Origin: Dehalococcoidia bacterium
Lineage (GTDB): Bacteria; Chloroflexota; Dehalococcoidia; DSTF01; JACRBR01
Direction of reading: 5' to 3'
DNA length: 55,636 nt
NCBI GenBank assembly: GCA_038211505.1
Contig: JBBQVO010000002.1
Coordinates: 1 to 55,636, forward strand
In this document: positions 18,346 to 27,841 of the stretch, piece after piece
Layout of the letters: each line of letters begins with the position of its first letter
How positions within the stretch are numbered: position 1 is the stretch's first letter
Translations under genes and position numbers: made by a program
The notes under the pieces: model-generated
Databases searched by the model: none
What the model was told of the DNA's origin: nothing
Seen by the model: only the letters and a program-made list of their open reading frames with translations

Positions 18346-18849
18346 ATGACAGACAACATGAACAACCACACGACAGCGACAGAAAAGGCGACGTTCGGCG
18401 CCGGCTGCTTCTGGGGCGTCGAAGCGGCGTTCCGGCAGATCGAGGGAGTGAAGGCGACCGCCGTCGGCTTCATGGGCGGCGACCGCGACAAGCCAACCTA
18501 CGAGGACGTTTGCTACCGCTCCACGGGCCATGCCGAAGTCGTCGAGGTCGAGTTCGATCCGACGCAGGTCACATACGACGCGCTGCTCAACGTCTTCTGG
18601 GAGAACCACGACCCGACGACGAAGAATCGTCAAGGCCCGGACATCGGCGACCAGTATCGCTCGGCGATCTTCTTCCAGTCGCCGGAGCAGCAGACCGCCG
18701 CGACGGCGTCGAAGGAGCATCTCGACAAGTCTGGCCGCCTGCCGCGCCCGATCGTTACCGAGATCACGCCGGCCGAGACGTTCTGGAAGGCCGAAGACTA
18801 CCACCAGCAGTATTTGGAGAAGCGCGGCCTCGCCACGTGCCACATCTAG
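18346..18849 (+). CDS. msrA: Peptide-methionine (S)-S-oxide reductase
   Basis: [36 protein letters not shown]. Confidence 0.97.
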   Translation: MTDNMNNHTTATEKATFGAGCFWGVEAAFRQIEGVKATAVGFMGGDRDKPTYEDVCYRSTGHAEVVEVEFDPTQVTYDALLNVFWENHDPTTKNRQGPDIGDQYRSAIFFQSPEQQTAATASKEHLDKSGRLPRPIVTEITPAETFWKAEDYHQQYLEKRGLATCHI

Positions 18850-18891
18850 CCTCAATCGCCGAATCACGGGAATCACTCCAGTACGCGACAT

Positions 18892-18918
18892 GTACGGCAG
18901 CCCTCAGGGCTGTCGTAC
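18892..18918. repeat. Palindromic hairpin between convergent genes (REP-like or terminator)
   Basis: GTACGGCAGCCC-TCA-GGGCTGTCGTAC. Confidence 0.55.
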
Positions 18919-18993
18919 GTTCGTGTTTGGCCGGTCGCTAGTTGTCAGCCGGGGTGATGTTGCTTCGTACTGACGCGGCGCGGCGAGGGTGAA

Positions 18994-19788
18994 CTACTCA
19001 GCGTCGCGGCACGGCTCGCCGGGGATGTACGCGCCGATGTCGCGCACGAACGCCGTGCCGCCGAAGCGCCCATCGTCGAGGACGATGTGGAGCGAACACG
19101 GCGTGAACCCTTCGATGGGCGGGTCAGCGCCCAGCTGCTCGGTGGTCGTCGGCGGGAACGGCCCGGGGATGCCTATGAGGGTAACAACCCCGTTTGAGGC
19201 CGACAGGCGCACCGCGTCGATGCTCAGCGCCTCTTCGAGATGCTTCGGTGAGCAACGTCCCGGCGAGATCTGCTTCGCGTGGTCTATGCACCAGTAGGTG
19301 TAGATCGGCGTACCTGTCCGGGCGAAGCCGTACAACGTTGCGCCTGCGCCAGTGCAGCTGGGAGCGTCGTAGGCGATATCCAGACGCAGCTGATCGCCTG
19401 CGTGGAACGTCCTGCCGACAGGCGAGGCCGATGTAAGTGAGAGTGAGGCTGCCTCGCCGCAGATCGGCTCCGGCGTCGGCGTCGGCGGCGGCTCCGGAGT
19501 TGGCGTATCGGGAGGCGGCGGTGGTGACGTCGGAATCGTCGGCGGTGTCGGGGTTGGCGGCGGCGGCGCAGTCTGTGGCGGCGTCGGTGTTTCGGCGGCC
19601 GGTGGCGTCACCCTCAGCGCGCTTGTCGGCAGGGGTGCGTTGGGCGACGTCGTCAACGGCGTCGCGCTCACGACGGTCGTCGCGGACGGCGCCGGCGTTC
19701 GCGCGGAGTTGCCCGATCCGCACCCGATCGTCATCGCCGCCAGCGCGAGCACGACCGTGAGACTGGCAGCGCGATCGACAATGATCAT
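18994..19788 (-). CDS. Putative lipoprotein with Pro/Thr linker and Cys-rich C-terminal domain
   Basis: Signal peptide ending MTIG-C, long PT/PP linker, six Cys in the last ~155 aa. Confidence 0.7.
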   Translation of the reverse strand: MIIVDRAASLTVVLALAAMTIGCGSGNSARTPAPSATTVVSATPLTTSPNAPLPTSALRVTPPAAETPTPPQTAPPPPTPTPPTIPTSPPPPPDTPTPEPPPTPTPEPICGEAASLSLTSASPVGRTFHAGDQLRLDIAYDAPSCTGAGATLYGFARTGTPIYTYWCIDHAKQISPGRCSPKHLEEALSIDAVRLSASNGVVTLIGIPGPFPPTTTEQLGADPPIEGFTPCSLHIVLDDGRFGGTAFVRDIGAYIPGEPCRDAE

Positions 19789-19795
19789 CGTCTAC

Positions 19796-21046
19796 CTACA
19801 CGAGCGACTCGCGCCGATGATCGAGCAGCGCCTGGCGCAGCAGCACCAGCGCCGTCGTGACGGCGCGACGCTTCGCTGCGACGCGACCCTGCGGGAAGAC
19901 GTAGCTCATCGTCTGCGGCGCCGCCCAGATCGCATCGATGCCGATCTGGATCGTGCCCACAGGCTTGCCCTCTTGCTCGTCTGGCCCGGCGACGCCCGTG
20001 ATGCCGACGCCGACGCTCGCTTCCGTTCTCTCGCGCGCCGCTTTCGCCATCGCCCGCGCGCACTCCGGCGATATGACGCCGTACTCTTCGATGATCGCGG
20101 CGTCGACGCCCCACTCGATCTTCAACTCCGTCTGGTACGAGACGAAGCCGCCGCGAAAGCACGTCGATGATCCGGGCACGTCGGTGATCGTGCTGGCGAG
20201 CAGACCACCGGTGCAGGACTCCATCGTCGCGAGCGTCGCTTCGCGTTCACGCAGCATGTCGCAGACGACGCTCTCGAACGTATCATCGTCTGCGCCCCAG
20301 ATCGCCGGCCCGAGGATCGTACGCGCTTCCGCCTCGACGGGACGGATCAGCTGCCATGCGTCGGCCTCGTTCGGGGCTTTCGCCGCCAGTCGCAGGTGTA
20401 CGCCGTCTGCGCGCGCGTAGATGCCGATGCTCGGGTTCGTTGACTTGAGCAGCGGGCTCACCATCTCGTCGACGGTGCCTTCGCCGACGCCGGCCGTCTT
20501 CAATGTGCGCGTGATCAGCACGGAGCCCGGGTTGCGGCGCAGCAGTTCGGGCGCGACTTCCTTTTCCCACATGCGCGTCATCTCGGTCGGCGGCCCCGGC
20601 ATCGCGACGATGATCTTGCCGTTGCGTTCGACCCACCACCCGGGCGCCGTGCCGCGTGGGTTCGGGATCGCGCGTCCAGACGGGATCACCCAGCACTGCT
20701 TGACATTGCGCTCAGGCATCGAATGTCCGCGCTTCGAGAAAAAGTCGCGGAGGTTCGCCTCGAGCTCGGGATCGACGGTGGGCGTCTCGCCGACGACGGC
20801 GCAGATCGCCTCGCGAGTCAGGTCATCCTCGGTTGGCCCGAGACCGCCCGTACAGATGACGATGTCCGAGCGTTCGAGCGCGCGCCCAATCGTCTCGCTC
20901 AGGCGCTCCATGTTGTCGCCGACGACGGCCTTGAAGTAGAGGTCGACGCCCAGCGCCGGAAGCCGCGACGCGATGAACTGCGCGTTCGTATCCGTGATCT
21001 CGCCCAGCAAGATCTCCGTCCCAATCGAAAGAATCTCCGCCTTCAT
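19796..21046 (-). CDS. cinA: Competence/damage-inducible protein CinA (MoCF-binding-like plus NMN deamidase domains)
   Basis: AEILSIGTEILLG, GGLGPTEDDLT, MPGPP, ESCTGG, GITGVAGP. Confidence 0.95.
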   Translation of the reverse strand: MKAEILSIGTEILLGEITDTNAQFIASRLPALGVDLYFKAVVGDNMERLSETIGRALERSDIVICTGGLGPTEDDLTREAICAVVGETPTVDPELEANLRDFFSKRGHSMPERNVKQCWVIPSGRAIPNPRGTAPGWWVERNGKIIVAMPGPPTEMTRMWEKEVAPELLRRNPGSVLITRTLKTAGVGEGTVDEMVSPLLKSTNPSIGIYARADGVHLRLAAKAPNEADAWQLIRPVEAEARTILGPAIWGADDDTFESVVCDMLREREATLATMESCTGGLLASTITDVPGSSTCFRGGFVSYQTELKIEWGVDAAIIEEYGVISPECARAMAKAARERTEASVGVGITGVAGPDEQEGKPVGTIQIGIDAIWAAPQTMSYVFPQGRVAAKRRAVTTALVLLRQALLDHRRESLV

Positions 21047-21139
21047 ACGAACGATCGTACCGGAGGCCGTGGGCAGGTGACAGGTGAGAGGTGAGAGGCG
21101 CGTCCAGCTCGGCGGCTGTGACGAAATCGGCGAGTGTCT

Positions 21140-21165
21140 GCAGGGGCGGCCCGATGTGGCCGCCC
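21140..21165 (+). repeat. REP hairpin family A (GCAG variant)
   Basis: GCAGGGGCGGCCCGATGTGGCCGCCC. Confidence 0.8.
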
Positions 21166-21213
21166 GTCCTGGGCCGCCAACGCCGTCACGAATACGGATC
21201 GGCTGCGGCAAAT

Positions 21214-21335
21214 GTCATTCTGAGCGAAGCGAAGAATCTCTCCGCTAGCGAGACGAATGTAGTCCCGTATGCCTCCGTCGGCGAACGATCCTCGGAGGCA
21301 ATTCCGAAGAGATTCTTCGCTGCGCTCAGAATGAC
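21214..21335. mobile_element. Inverted-repeat element, copy 4
   Basis: GTCATTCTGAGCGAAGCGAAGAATCTC ... GAGATTCTTCGCTGCGCTCAGAATGAC. Confidence 0.85.
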
Positions 21336-21425
21336 AATTACGAAAACTGCCTCGGTTTGCCGACACCGCACGCGGCCGCCGAGGGCGGACGCACAGGCGC
21401 TGTCCCCATCGGCACGCCGTACCGG

Positions 21426-21492
21426 CCGTCCGGCTCTCAGCCCCCCGCCATCGGCCGTCCGCGATCCGCTATCCGCCAACAGCCATCCGCTA
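21426..21492. repeat. Degenerate heptamer tandem array
   Basis: CCATCGG CCGTCCG CGATCCG CTATCCG CCAACAG CCATCCG; another heptamer run (CAGGTGA x2, GAGGTGA) at 21074-21094. Confidence 0.7.
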
Positions 21493-21504
21493 TAACTCCA
21501 CACA

Positions 21505-22326
21505 ATGCGCGTCGCACTGATCGGCCATGTCGAACACGTCACCATCGCCCGCACGCCAACGCTGCCGGCGGCGGGCGATATCGTGCATCTCGACGATCCG
21601 TTCGTGATCGCTGGCGGCGGCGGCGGCATCGCCTTCTTCCAGTTGACGCGGAGTGACGCCGAGGTGCATCTCTTCACCGCGATCGGCCGCGACGATGCCG
21701 CGCACGTCGTTCACGGCGCCGTTGCCGATACCGGCGCCGTGATCCACGCGGCGCTGCGCAACGCGCCGCACACCCGCGATCTCGTGCTGATCACGCCGAG
21801 CGGCGAGCGCACGATCTTCGTCGTCGGAGCGCCGCTGCACCCGTTGCACGACGACAAGCTCGACTGGGACGTGCTTGCGTCGTGCGACGCGGCCTACTTC
21901 ACCGGCCAGGATCCGAAGACGCTGGAGTTCGCGCGCGAAGCGAAGTTCCTCGCCGTTACCGCGCGCCGCCGCGAAGCGATCGCCGCCAGCGGCGTCCGCG
22001 CGGATCTGATCATCGGCAGCAGCAACGACCCGCGCGAATCGAGCACACTCGCGGACTACGCCGTCCCGCCGCGGTTCCTCGTCATGACCGACGGCGCCCG
22101 CGGCGGCCGCGTAGAGACGGCGTCCGGAGTCGAGCACTTCAATGCAACGCACCTCACGTCGCCGCCGGTAGGCTCGTACGGTGCCGGCGATTCGTTCGCC
22201 GCCGCGCTCACCTGGTACGCCGCCCGCGGCCTCCCGATCATGCAAGCCTGCGAGCGCGCCTCCGACCACGGCGCCGCCGTCCTCTCCGGCATCAACCCGC
22301 TAGAACATCAATTGATGTTGGATTGA
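21505..22326 (+). CDS. PfkB family carbohydrate kinase
   Basis: GGGG near the N-terminus, IGRD, GERTI, YGAGDSFAA anion-hole motif. Confidence 0.88.
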   Translation: MRVALIGHVEHVTIARTPTLPAAGDIVHLDDPFVIAGGGGGIAFFQLTRSDAEVHLFTAIGRDDAAHVVHGAVADTGAVIHAALRNAPHTRDLVLITPSGERTIFVVGAPLHPLHDDKLDWDVLASCDAAYFTGQDPKTLEFAREAKFLAVTARRREAIAASGVRADLIIGSSNDPRESSTLADYAVPPRFLVMTDGARGGRVETASGVEHFNATHLTSPPVGSYGAGDSFAAALTWYAARGLPIMQACERASDHGAAVLSGINPLEHQLMLD

Positions 22327-22393
22327 GTGATCTCGACGGGCGGGACGCAAACAGAGTCTTTTCCGCGCCCCGCAGCCCCAAAATGACAATACA

Positions 22394-22459
22394 AAATCTG
22401 TGAAATCTGTGAAATCTGTGGTTCGTCCCATCCGTGAAATCCGTGCAATCCGTGGTTCC
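22394..22459. repeat. Nonamer tandem repeats (AAATCTGTG/AAATCCGTG triads)
   Basis: (AAATCTGTG)x3-GTTC then CATCCGTG-AAATCCGTG-CAATCCGTG-GTTCC; relatives at 32562-32593 and 55302-55332. Confidence 0.8.
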
Positions 22460-22462
22460 CGA

Positions 22463-24766
22463 TCACAGACGTTCCAGGGGGGCGAACGACAGCATCAGCT
22501 TCTTGATGCCGGCTTCGCCCTTGAAGGCGATCGTGATCTCTTGATCGTCCGGCACGATCTGGCACGAGACGACGATGCCTTCGCCGAAGCGCGGGTGACG
22601 TACCTTCTCGCCGCCGGCGAACACCTGCTCCTCCGGCACGAGCGGGCGGTCGTCGCGGCGGGCGTTCTCCTCGCGGAACCGCTGCGGCCCGCGCTCCGCC
22701 GCCTCGTACTGGCTCGCGACGGCGGACCGCTGGGCGATCAGCTCGTGCGGAATGTCCTTCAGGAAGCGTGACGGCGGGTTGTGCTGCGACATGCCCATGC
22801 TGTGCCGCCGGAACGCGCGCAGCAGGTACAGCCGCTCCTTCGCGCGCGTCATGCCGACGTAGCACAGCCGCCGCTCCTCCTCCATCTGCAGCTGATCGTC
22901 GAACGACCGCATGTGCGGCAGCACGCCCTCCTCCATCGCGATCATGAAGACGATCGGGTACTCGAGCCCCTTTGCCGAATGCAGCGTGATCAGGGTTACG
23001 CGGCCGCCGCGGTTGGCTGCCGCCGCCTCCTCGGTGATCGTGTCCGCGTCGGAGATCAGCGCCACGTCTTCGAGAAATGAGACGAGCCCGTTGCCAGCTG
23101 CCAGCCCGTCGTACTCCGACGCGACGTTGCGCAGCTCGCCGACGTTCGCCCAGCGCTCCTCCGCCTCTTCTTCTTCGTACTCATCGAACAAGAACTGCCG
23201 GTATGTCGTGCGCTCAAGCACCGCATCAAGCAGCGTCGAGAGATTGTTCTTCGAAGCCAGATCGATCAGCTCGTCGAGCATGCGCAGAAACTCGACGAGC
23301 GTCTTCGCCTGCCGCGCGCCGATCGGGTGCCGCTCCGCCGCCGGTAGATCGTCGCGCTTCGCGCCATCGTCCGCGCGCCGCAACGCGACTACGTCCGACG
23401 CAACATCGCGAGCGGACTCCTGCTCGGCTATCACCTGCAGCGCGGTGTACAGCGGAACGCCGAGCTTCTTCGCCCAGCGCTCCAGCTCCGAAATCGACTT
23501 CGCGCCGATGCCGCGCCCGGGCACGTTGATGATCCGCGTGAACGCGACGATGTCGAACGGGCTGTGGATCAGCCGCAGATACGCCAGCACGTCCTTCACT
23601 TCACGACGCTCGTAGAAGCGCGTGCCGCCGATCAGCTGGTACGGGATCTTGGCGCGGATAAACGCTTCCTCAAGCGCGCGCGAGTGCGCATTTGTCCGAT
23701 ACATCACGGCGATATCCGGAAAGCCGTGCGACGCTTCGACGAGCGAGTTGATCTCGTTGGCCACGAAGTCCGACTCTTCCGCTTCGTCGTACGCCTCGTA
23801 CATGATCACCGGCTCGCCGGAGCCGGCGTCGGTCCACAGCGACTTCTCCTTCCGGCCCTTGCTGCCGGCGATCACTGCGTGAGCCGCATCGAGGATCGTC
23901 TGCGTCGAGCGGTAGTTCTGTTCGAGCAGCACAACGCGCGCCTCCGGAAAGTCGCGCTCGAAGTTGAGGATGTTGCGGATGTCCGCCGACCGCCACGAAT
24001 AGATCGATTGATCGGGGTCGCCGACGACGGCGATGTTACCCCAACGGCCCGCAAGAATGCGCGCCAGCTCGTACTGCGCGACGTTCGTATCCTGAAACTC
24101 GTCGACGAGCACGTGCAGGAAGCGCTCCTGATACTTATCGCGGATCTCGTCGTGGCCGCGCAGCATCTCCACCGTGCGCATGATCAGATCGTCGAAGTCC
24201 AGCGCGTTATTCTCGCTCAGCATCTCCTGGTAGCGATCGTAGACGCGCGCCACGACCTCGCCGTAGTAGTCGCGGGCGTCGCGCGCATACTGCTCCGGCG
24301 TCACCAACTCGCTCTTCGCGTGTGAGATCGACGACAACAGCGCGCGCTCCTTGAATCGCCGCGTATCGATGTTCGCGTCGGCGCAGGCGCGCTTCATCAG
24401 CGCCATCTGGTCGGCGTCGTCGTAGATGTTGAACGCGCGCGGGATGCCGACGCGCTCTCCTTCGATCCGGAGCAGCCGCGCGCAGATCGAATGGAACGTG
24501 CCGAGCATGATGTCGTTCGCGAGGTCGTCGAGATGCGCCGCCACGCGGATGCGCATCTCCTTCGCCGCCTTGTTCGTGAACGTGACGGACACGATGCGCC
24601 ACGGCGCGACGCCGATCACGTCGACCAGATACGCGATGTGATGCGAGATCACGCGCGTCTTGCCCGAGCCCGGCCCGGCGAGAATCAGCAACGGCCCAGC
24701 GATCGCCGTCACGGCCTCGCGCTGCGGCGGGTTGAGATCTTCGAGAATGTGTTCCGCGGTAACCAT
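22463..24766 (-). CDS. pcrA: ATP-dependent DNA helicase PcrA/UvrD
   Basis: LAGPGSGKT, TFTNKAA, VDEFQD, GDPDQSIYSWR, QNYRS, TLHSAKGLE, EERRLCYVGMTRA, C-terminal VRHPRFGEG Tudor-like domain. Confidence 0.96.
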   Translation of the reverse strand: MVTAEHILEDLNPPQREAVTAIAGPLLILAGPGSGKTRVISHHIAYLVDVIGVAPWRIVSVTFTNKAAKEMRIRVAAHLDDLANDIMLGTFHSICARLLRIEGERVGIPRAFNIYDDADQMALMKRACADANIDTRRFKERALLSSISHAKSELVTPEQYARDARDYYGEVVARVYDRYQEMLSENNALDFDDLIMRTVEMLRGHDEIRDKYQERFLHVLVDEFQDTNVAQYELARILAGRWGNIAVVGDPDQSIYSWRSADIRNILNFERDFPEARVVLLEQNYRSTQTILDAAHAVIAGSKGRKEKSLWTDAGSGEPVIMYEAYDEAEESDFVANEINSLVEASHGFPDIAVMYRTNAHSRALEEAFIRAKIPYQLIGGTRFYERREVKDVLAYLRLIHSPFDIVAFTRIINVPGRGIGAKSISELERWAKKLGVPLYTALQVIAEQESARDVASDVVALRRADDGAKRDDLPAAERHPIGARQAKTLVEFLRMLDELIDLASKNNLSTLLDAVLERTTYRQFLFDEYEEEEAEERWANVGELRNVASEYDGLAAGNGLVSFLEDVALISDADTITEEAAAANRGGRVTLITLHSAKGLEYPIVFMIAMEEGVLPHMRSFDDQLQMEEERRLCYVGMTRAKERLYLLRAFRRHSMGMSQHNPPSRFLKDIPHELIAQRSAVASQYEAAERGPQRFREENARRDDRPLVPEEQVFAGGEKVRHPRFGEGIVVSCQIVPDDQEITIAFKGEAGIKKLMLSFAPLERL

Positions 24767-24908
24767 GTGTTGTTAGGGGTGGTGGGTCGTCGTTGGTCGT
24801 TATGGGGGTAGCGCTCGTTCAGTGTAACAGCGCCGCGTCGCGCGTTAGACTAGGCGCGAACGAGCGCCTACGAAATCGTCACTTCCGTGCCAGTGCCAGG
24901 AACATCCG

Positions 24909-26129
24909 ATGACGACGAACGCGATCGCGCCGATCTCACCGCCTGAACCCGGGTTGACGCCGGACGAAATGGTGCACCGCGCTGAGGCGCTGCGACCGGT
25001 GCTGCGCGAGCGTCAGGCGGAGTGCGAGACGCTCGGCTGCCTGCCGGCGGCGACGAACGATGCGTTTGTCGAGGCAGGCTTCTATCGCATCTTGCAGCCC
25101 CGCCGCTTCGGCGGCTACGAGTTCGATATCCCCACGTTCGTCGACGTGATGACGGAAGTCGCGCGCGGTTGCCCATCGAGCGGTTGGGTGCTCGCGCTCA
25201 CGTCCGGGCACACGCACACGCTGACGTACTTCTCGGAGCGGGCGCAGATCGAGGCGTACGGCGCCGACGGCGAGTTTCGCGCGCCGCTCGTCGCCACGCC
25301 TGGCGTCATCGCCCGACCGGCGGAGGGCGGGTTCACTCTGAACGGCGGCTGGGACTACAGCTCCGGCTGCGACATCGCGACGCACTTTCTCGGCCACATT
25401 CTCGCGCCACCCGCCGTGGCGGGGCAACTGCCGACGATTCTCCTGGCGCAGATCACACGTGAGGACTACACCATCGTCGACAATTGGGACGTCGTCGGCA
25501 TGCGCGGCACCGGCTCACGACGCGTCGTCGTGAAAGACGTCTTCGTTCCCGACCATCGCGTCATTGCCTCACCGGTGTTCTCCAGCGAGGCGACAGCATC
25601 GACACACGAGAACCCCATGTACCTCGGTCGCCCGCTGCCGTTGCTGATCATGGAGCTCGCTTGCGTCGCCGTAGGCATCGCCCGCGCAGCGCTCGACGAA
25701 TACGAGCGGATCGTCCGCACGAAGCGCGTCCTCGGCCCGCTGACGCCGTTTCGCGTCGAAGCATCGGAGTTCCAGCGCCACTACGGCCACGCCAGCGCGC
25801 TCGTCGAGACCGCGCACGCGGCGCTCCGGCAGAACGCCGCGGACTACATGACGATCGCGCGGCGGCAAGCCGGCGGCGGTGAGCGCTTCGGCGAGCTCGA
25901 TAGCCGGCGGTTGTTGTTGATTGACCAGCACTGCGTCGAACTGTGTACCGACGCAGTGACGTTGCTCTTCCGCACCGCCGGGAGCAGCGCCGGCCGGTCG
26001 ACGGGCGTGCTCCAGCGCTACATGCGCGACATCAACTTCATCACGACGCATATGGCGATCCAGCCCGACGCCACGCACGAGACGTTCGCTCAGACGCAGT
26101 TCGGCGTCTCGACCGACGCCCGCTGGTAG
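24909..26129 (+). CDS. Flavin-dependent monooxygenase, acyl-CoA dehydrogenase fold (HsaA-like oxygenase component)
   Basis: GFYRILQPRRFGGYE, RGCPSSGW, WDYSSGC, WDVVGMRGTGS, LQRYMRD. Confidence 0.88.
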   Translation: MTTNAIAPISPPEPGLTPDEMVHRAEALRPVLRERQAECETLGCLPAATNDAFVEAGFYRILQPRRFGGYEFDIPTFVDVMTEVARGCPSSGWVLALTSGHTHTLTYFSERAQIEAYGADGEFRAPLVATPGVIARPAEGGFTLNGGWDYSSGCDIATHFLGHILAPPAVAGQLPTILLAQITREDYTIVDNWDVVGMRGTGSRRVVVKDVFVPDHRVIASPVFSSEATASTHENPMYLGRPLPLLIMELACVAVGIARAALDEYERIVRTKRVLGPLTPFRVEASEFQRHYGHASALVETAHAALRQNAADYMTIARRQAGGGERFGELDSRRLLLIDQHCVELCTDAVTLLFRTAGSSAGRSTGVLQRYMRDINFITTHMAIQPDATHETFAQTQFGVSTDARW

Positions 26130-26741
26130 ATGCCTGAGCATCCGCCGTTCGAAACTTGGCAGGCATTGAGCGTCGACGAGGCGCGGCAGGTATTCGCCCC
26201 GCTCGGCATTCGCTGGTGGATCGCCGGCGGGTGGGCGATCGATCTCTTCATCGGTCAGCAGACCCGCGACCATGCCGACATCGACATCGCGATCCTGCGT
26301 CGCGATCATCTCGCACTCCGCGCGCTCACCGCCGACTTCGACCTCTACGTCGCGCACGATGGCACGCTCACTGCGTGGGACGCAGGCGTACTCCCTTCAG
26401 ACCGCCATCAGTTCTGGGCGAGACGCCGCGACGGCGAGGCTTGGGCGTTCGAGGTCCTGCTGGAGGAGTCCGACGGCGATCGCTGGCTGTTCCGCCGCGA
26501 ACCGCAGATCTCGCTGCCGCTTGACGAATTCGGTGCGATCACGGCAGACGGAACGCCGTACGTCGCGCCCGAGGTCGCGCTGCTCTACAAAGCCAACGGG
26601 ATCGAGCTCGAACGCAACGCCGCCGACTTCGCCACGGCGCTCCCGTATCTCGATGCACCCGCGAAGCATTGGCTCAGCGCGCAGCTGGGGCGCGTCTACG
26701 ACCAGCATGCATGGCTCGCGCGCCTTGACATGGACGCGTGA
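26130..26741 (+). CDS. Nucleotidyltransferase of the ANT(2'')/Lnu-like family
   Basis: WWIAGGWAIDL, TRDHADID, APEVALLYKA; ATG directly after the upstream TAG. Confidence 0.85.
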   Translation: MPEHPPFETWQALSVDEARQVFAPLGIRWWIAGGWAIDLFIGQQTRDHADIDIAILRRDHLALRALTADFDLYVAHDGTLTAWDAGVLPSDRHQFWARRRDGEAWAFEVLLEESDGDRWLFRREPQISLPLDEFGAITADGTPYVAPEVALLYKANGIELERNAADFATALPYLDAPAKHWLSAQLGRVYDQHAWLARLDMDA

Positions 26742-26742
26742 C

Positions 26743-26774
26743 GGAAGGCGTCCATAGCCAAGAAGACGCCTTCC
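26743..26774 (+). terminator. Hairpin after the nucleotidyltransferase gene
   Basis: GGAAGGCGTC-N12-GACGCCTTCC; no U tract, so termination function is uncertain. Confidence 0.45.
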
Positions 26775-26937
26775 ACGAGGTGGCGCCTTCAGCCTGCGGC
26801 AAGCATGTTTTGCTAGCGGTTGATCACAGGTGTGAGAGTCACTGAATCGCTCGCCGTGGCGACGGCGCAAAACAAACGCGACGTGAGCATCGCGTACGCG
26901 GTAGAATGTTGGGAAGACGCAATTTTGTGGGGTTCCC

Positions 26938-27828
26938 ATGACACGAAGCGGCGACCGCCTGACGCCACGCGAAGTCGAAGTCCTGGGGCTCGTAGCGCAC
27001 GGCATGACAGATGCGCAGATCGGAACGCGCTTAGTGAACGGCGACACGATCCACATGCAGTCGGATCTCATGCACGAGATGGGGCACGTGCTATTGAACG
27101 CCAACGAACACTATCCTCAATACGGATGCACCAGCATCATGTCGCATTGCGCCACCAACATCACCGTCCAACAGCACGACCTCGACGACTTCACGAACGC
27201 CTATCGGATGGCGGAGGCGCCAGATGCCGCCTATGGCCAACTGACAAGCTCAACGAATCTTCGGCATTTCTTTGAAGGAAGCTATTGGACGGCGGGTTCT
27301 GGCAACGGGTTCACGCTCCACGCCGAAAGCCAATACGTGATGGATCGATCCACATCGGGCCTCGGCGGCGCGTTCGGGTTCTACACCTCAATGCCGCGGA
27401 TCATCAACAACACCGACGACGGCACACCAAATTCAGTTGACCGATCCGACGTCCCGTCGTCTGGAAACGAATGGTGCTTCAAAACCCGAGGCGAGTCCGG
27501 AGCGATACCCGGCACCGCGCTCTACTATCATTGGGGCCCGCAATCCCGAGCCTACTGCCTGCGCCAGTCGTACAACGGTTCTGGGGTGTTCGTCGTCAGC
27601 AGCCGGAATGACTACGTCACATTCCGCGTCTGGAATTATTCAAGTGTCTCGATCAACAACGTGGCGCTGCTTCTCGGCGACAACGTCACGCACGTTTGCA
27701 ACCTACCCGACCTTGCTCCGAACGCCTCGACTTACTGTTTCTGGACTGGAGCCGGCAGCGGCGCGGGGTTTGTTCGACTTTGGTACAACCTCGTCGAACA
27801 TGGCTCAATCGGCTACGACATCCGTTGA
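26938..27828 (+). pseudogene. Chimeric ORF: partial LuxR-type HTH fused to a zinc-metallopeptidase-like and beta-rich remainder
   Basis: LTPREVEVLGLVAHGMTDAQIGTRL stops before the recognition helix, then HEMGHVLLNANEHY and CTSIMSH. Confidence 0.55.
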
Positions 27829-27841
27829 ATAGGAGGATCAC

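Noticed and set aside
22342-22352. GGGACGCAAA, resembling part of the c-di-GMP-I riboswitch
   Set aside because: The upstream GCAAA/GNRA stem is missing and the site lies between convergent gene ends.
22394-22459. Tandem repeats as a CRISPR array
   Set aside because: Units are 7-9 bp with no unique spacers and no cas genes; the 26-bp repeats elsewhere are dispersed and inverted.
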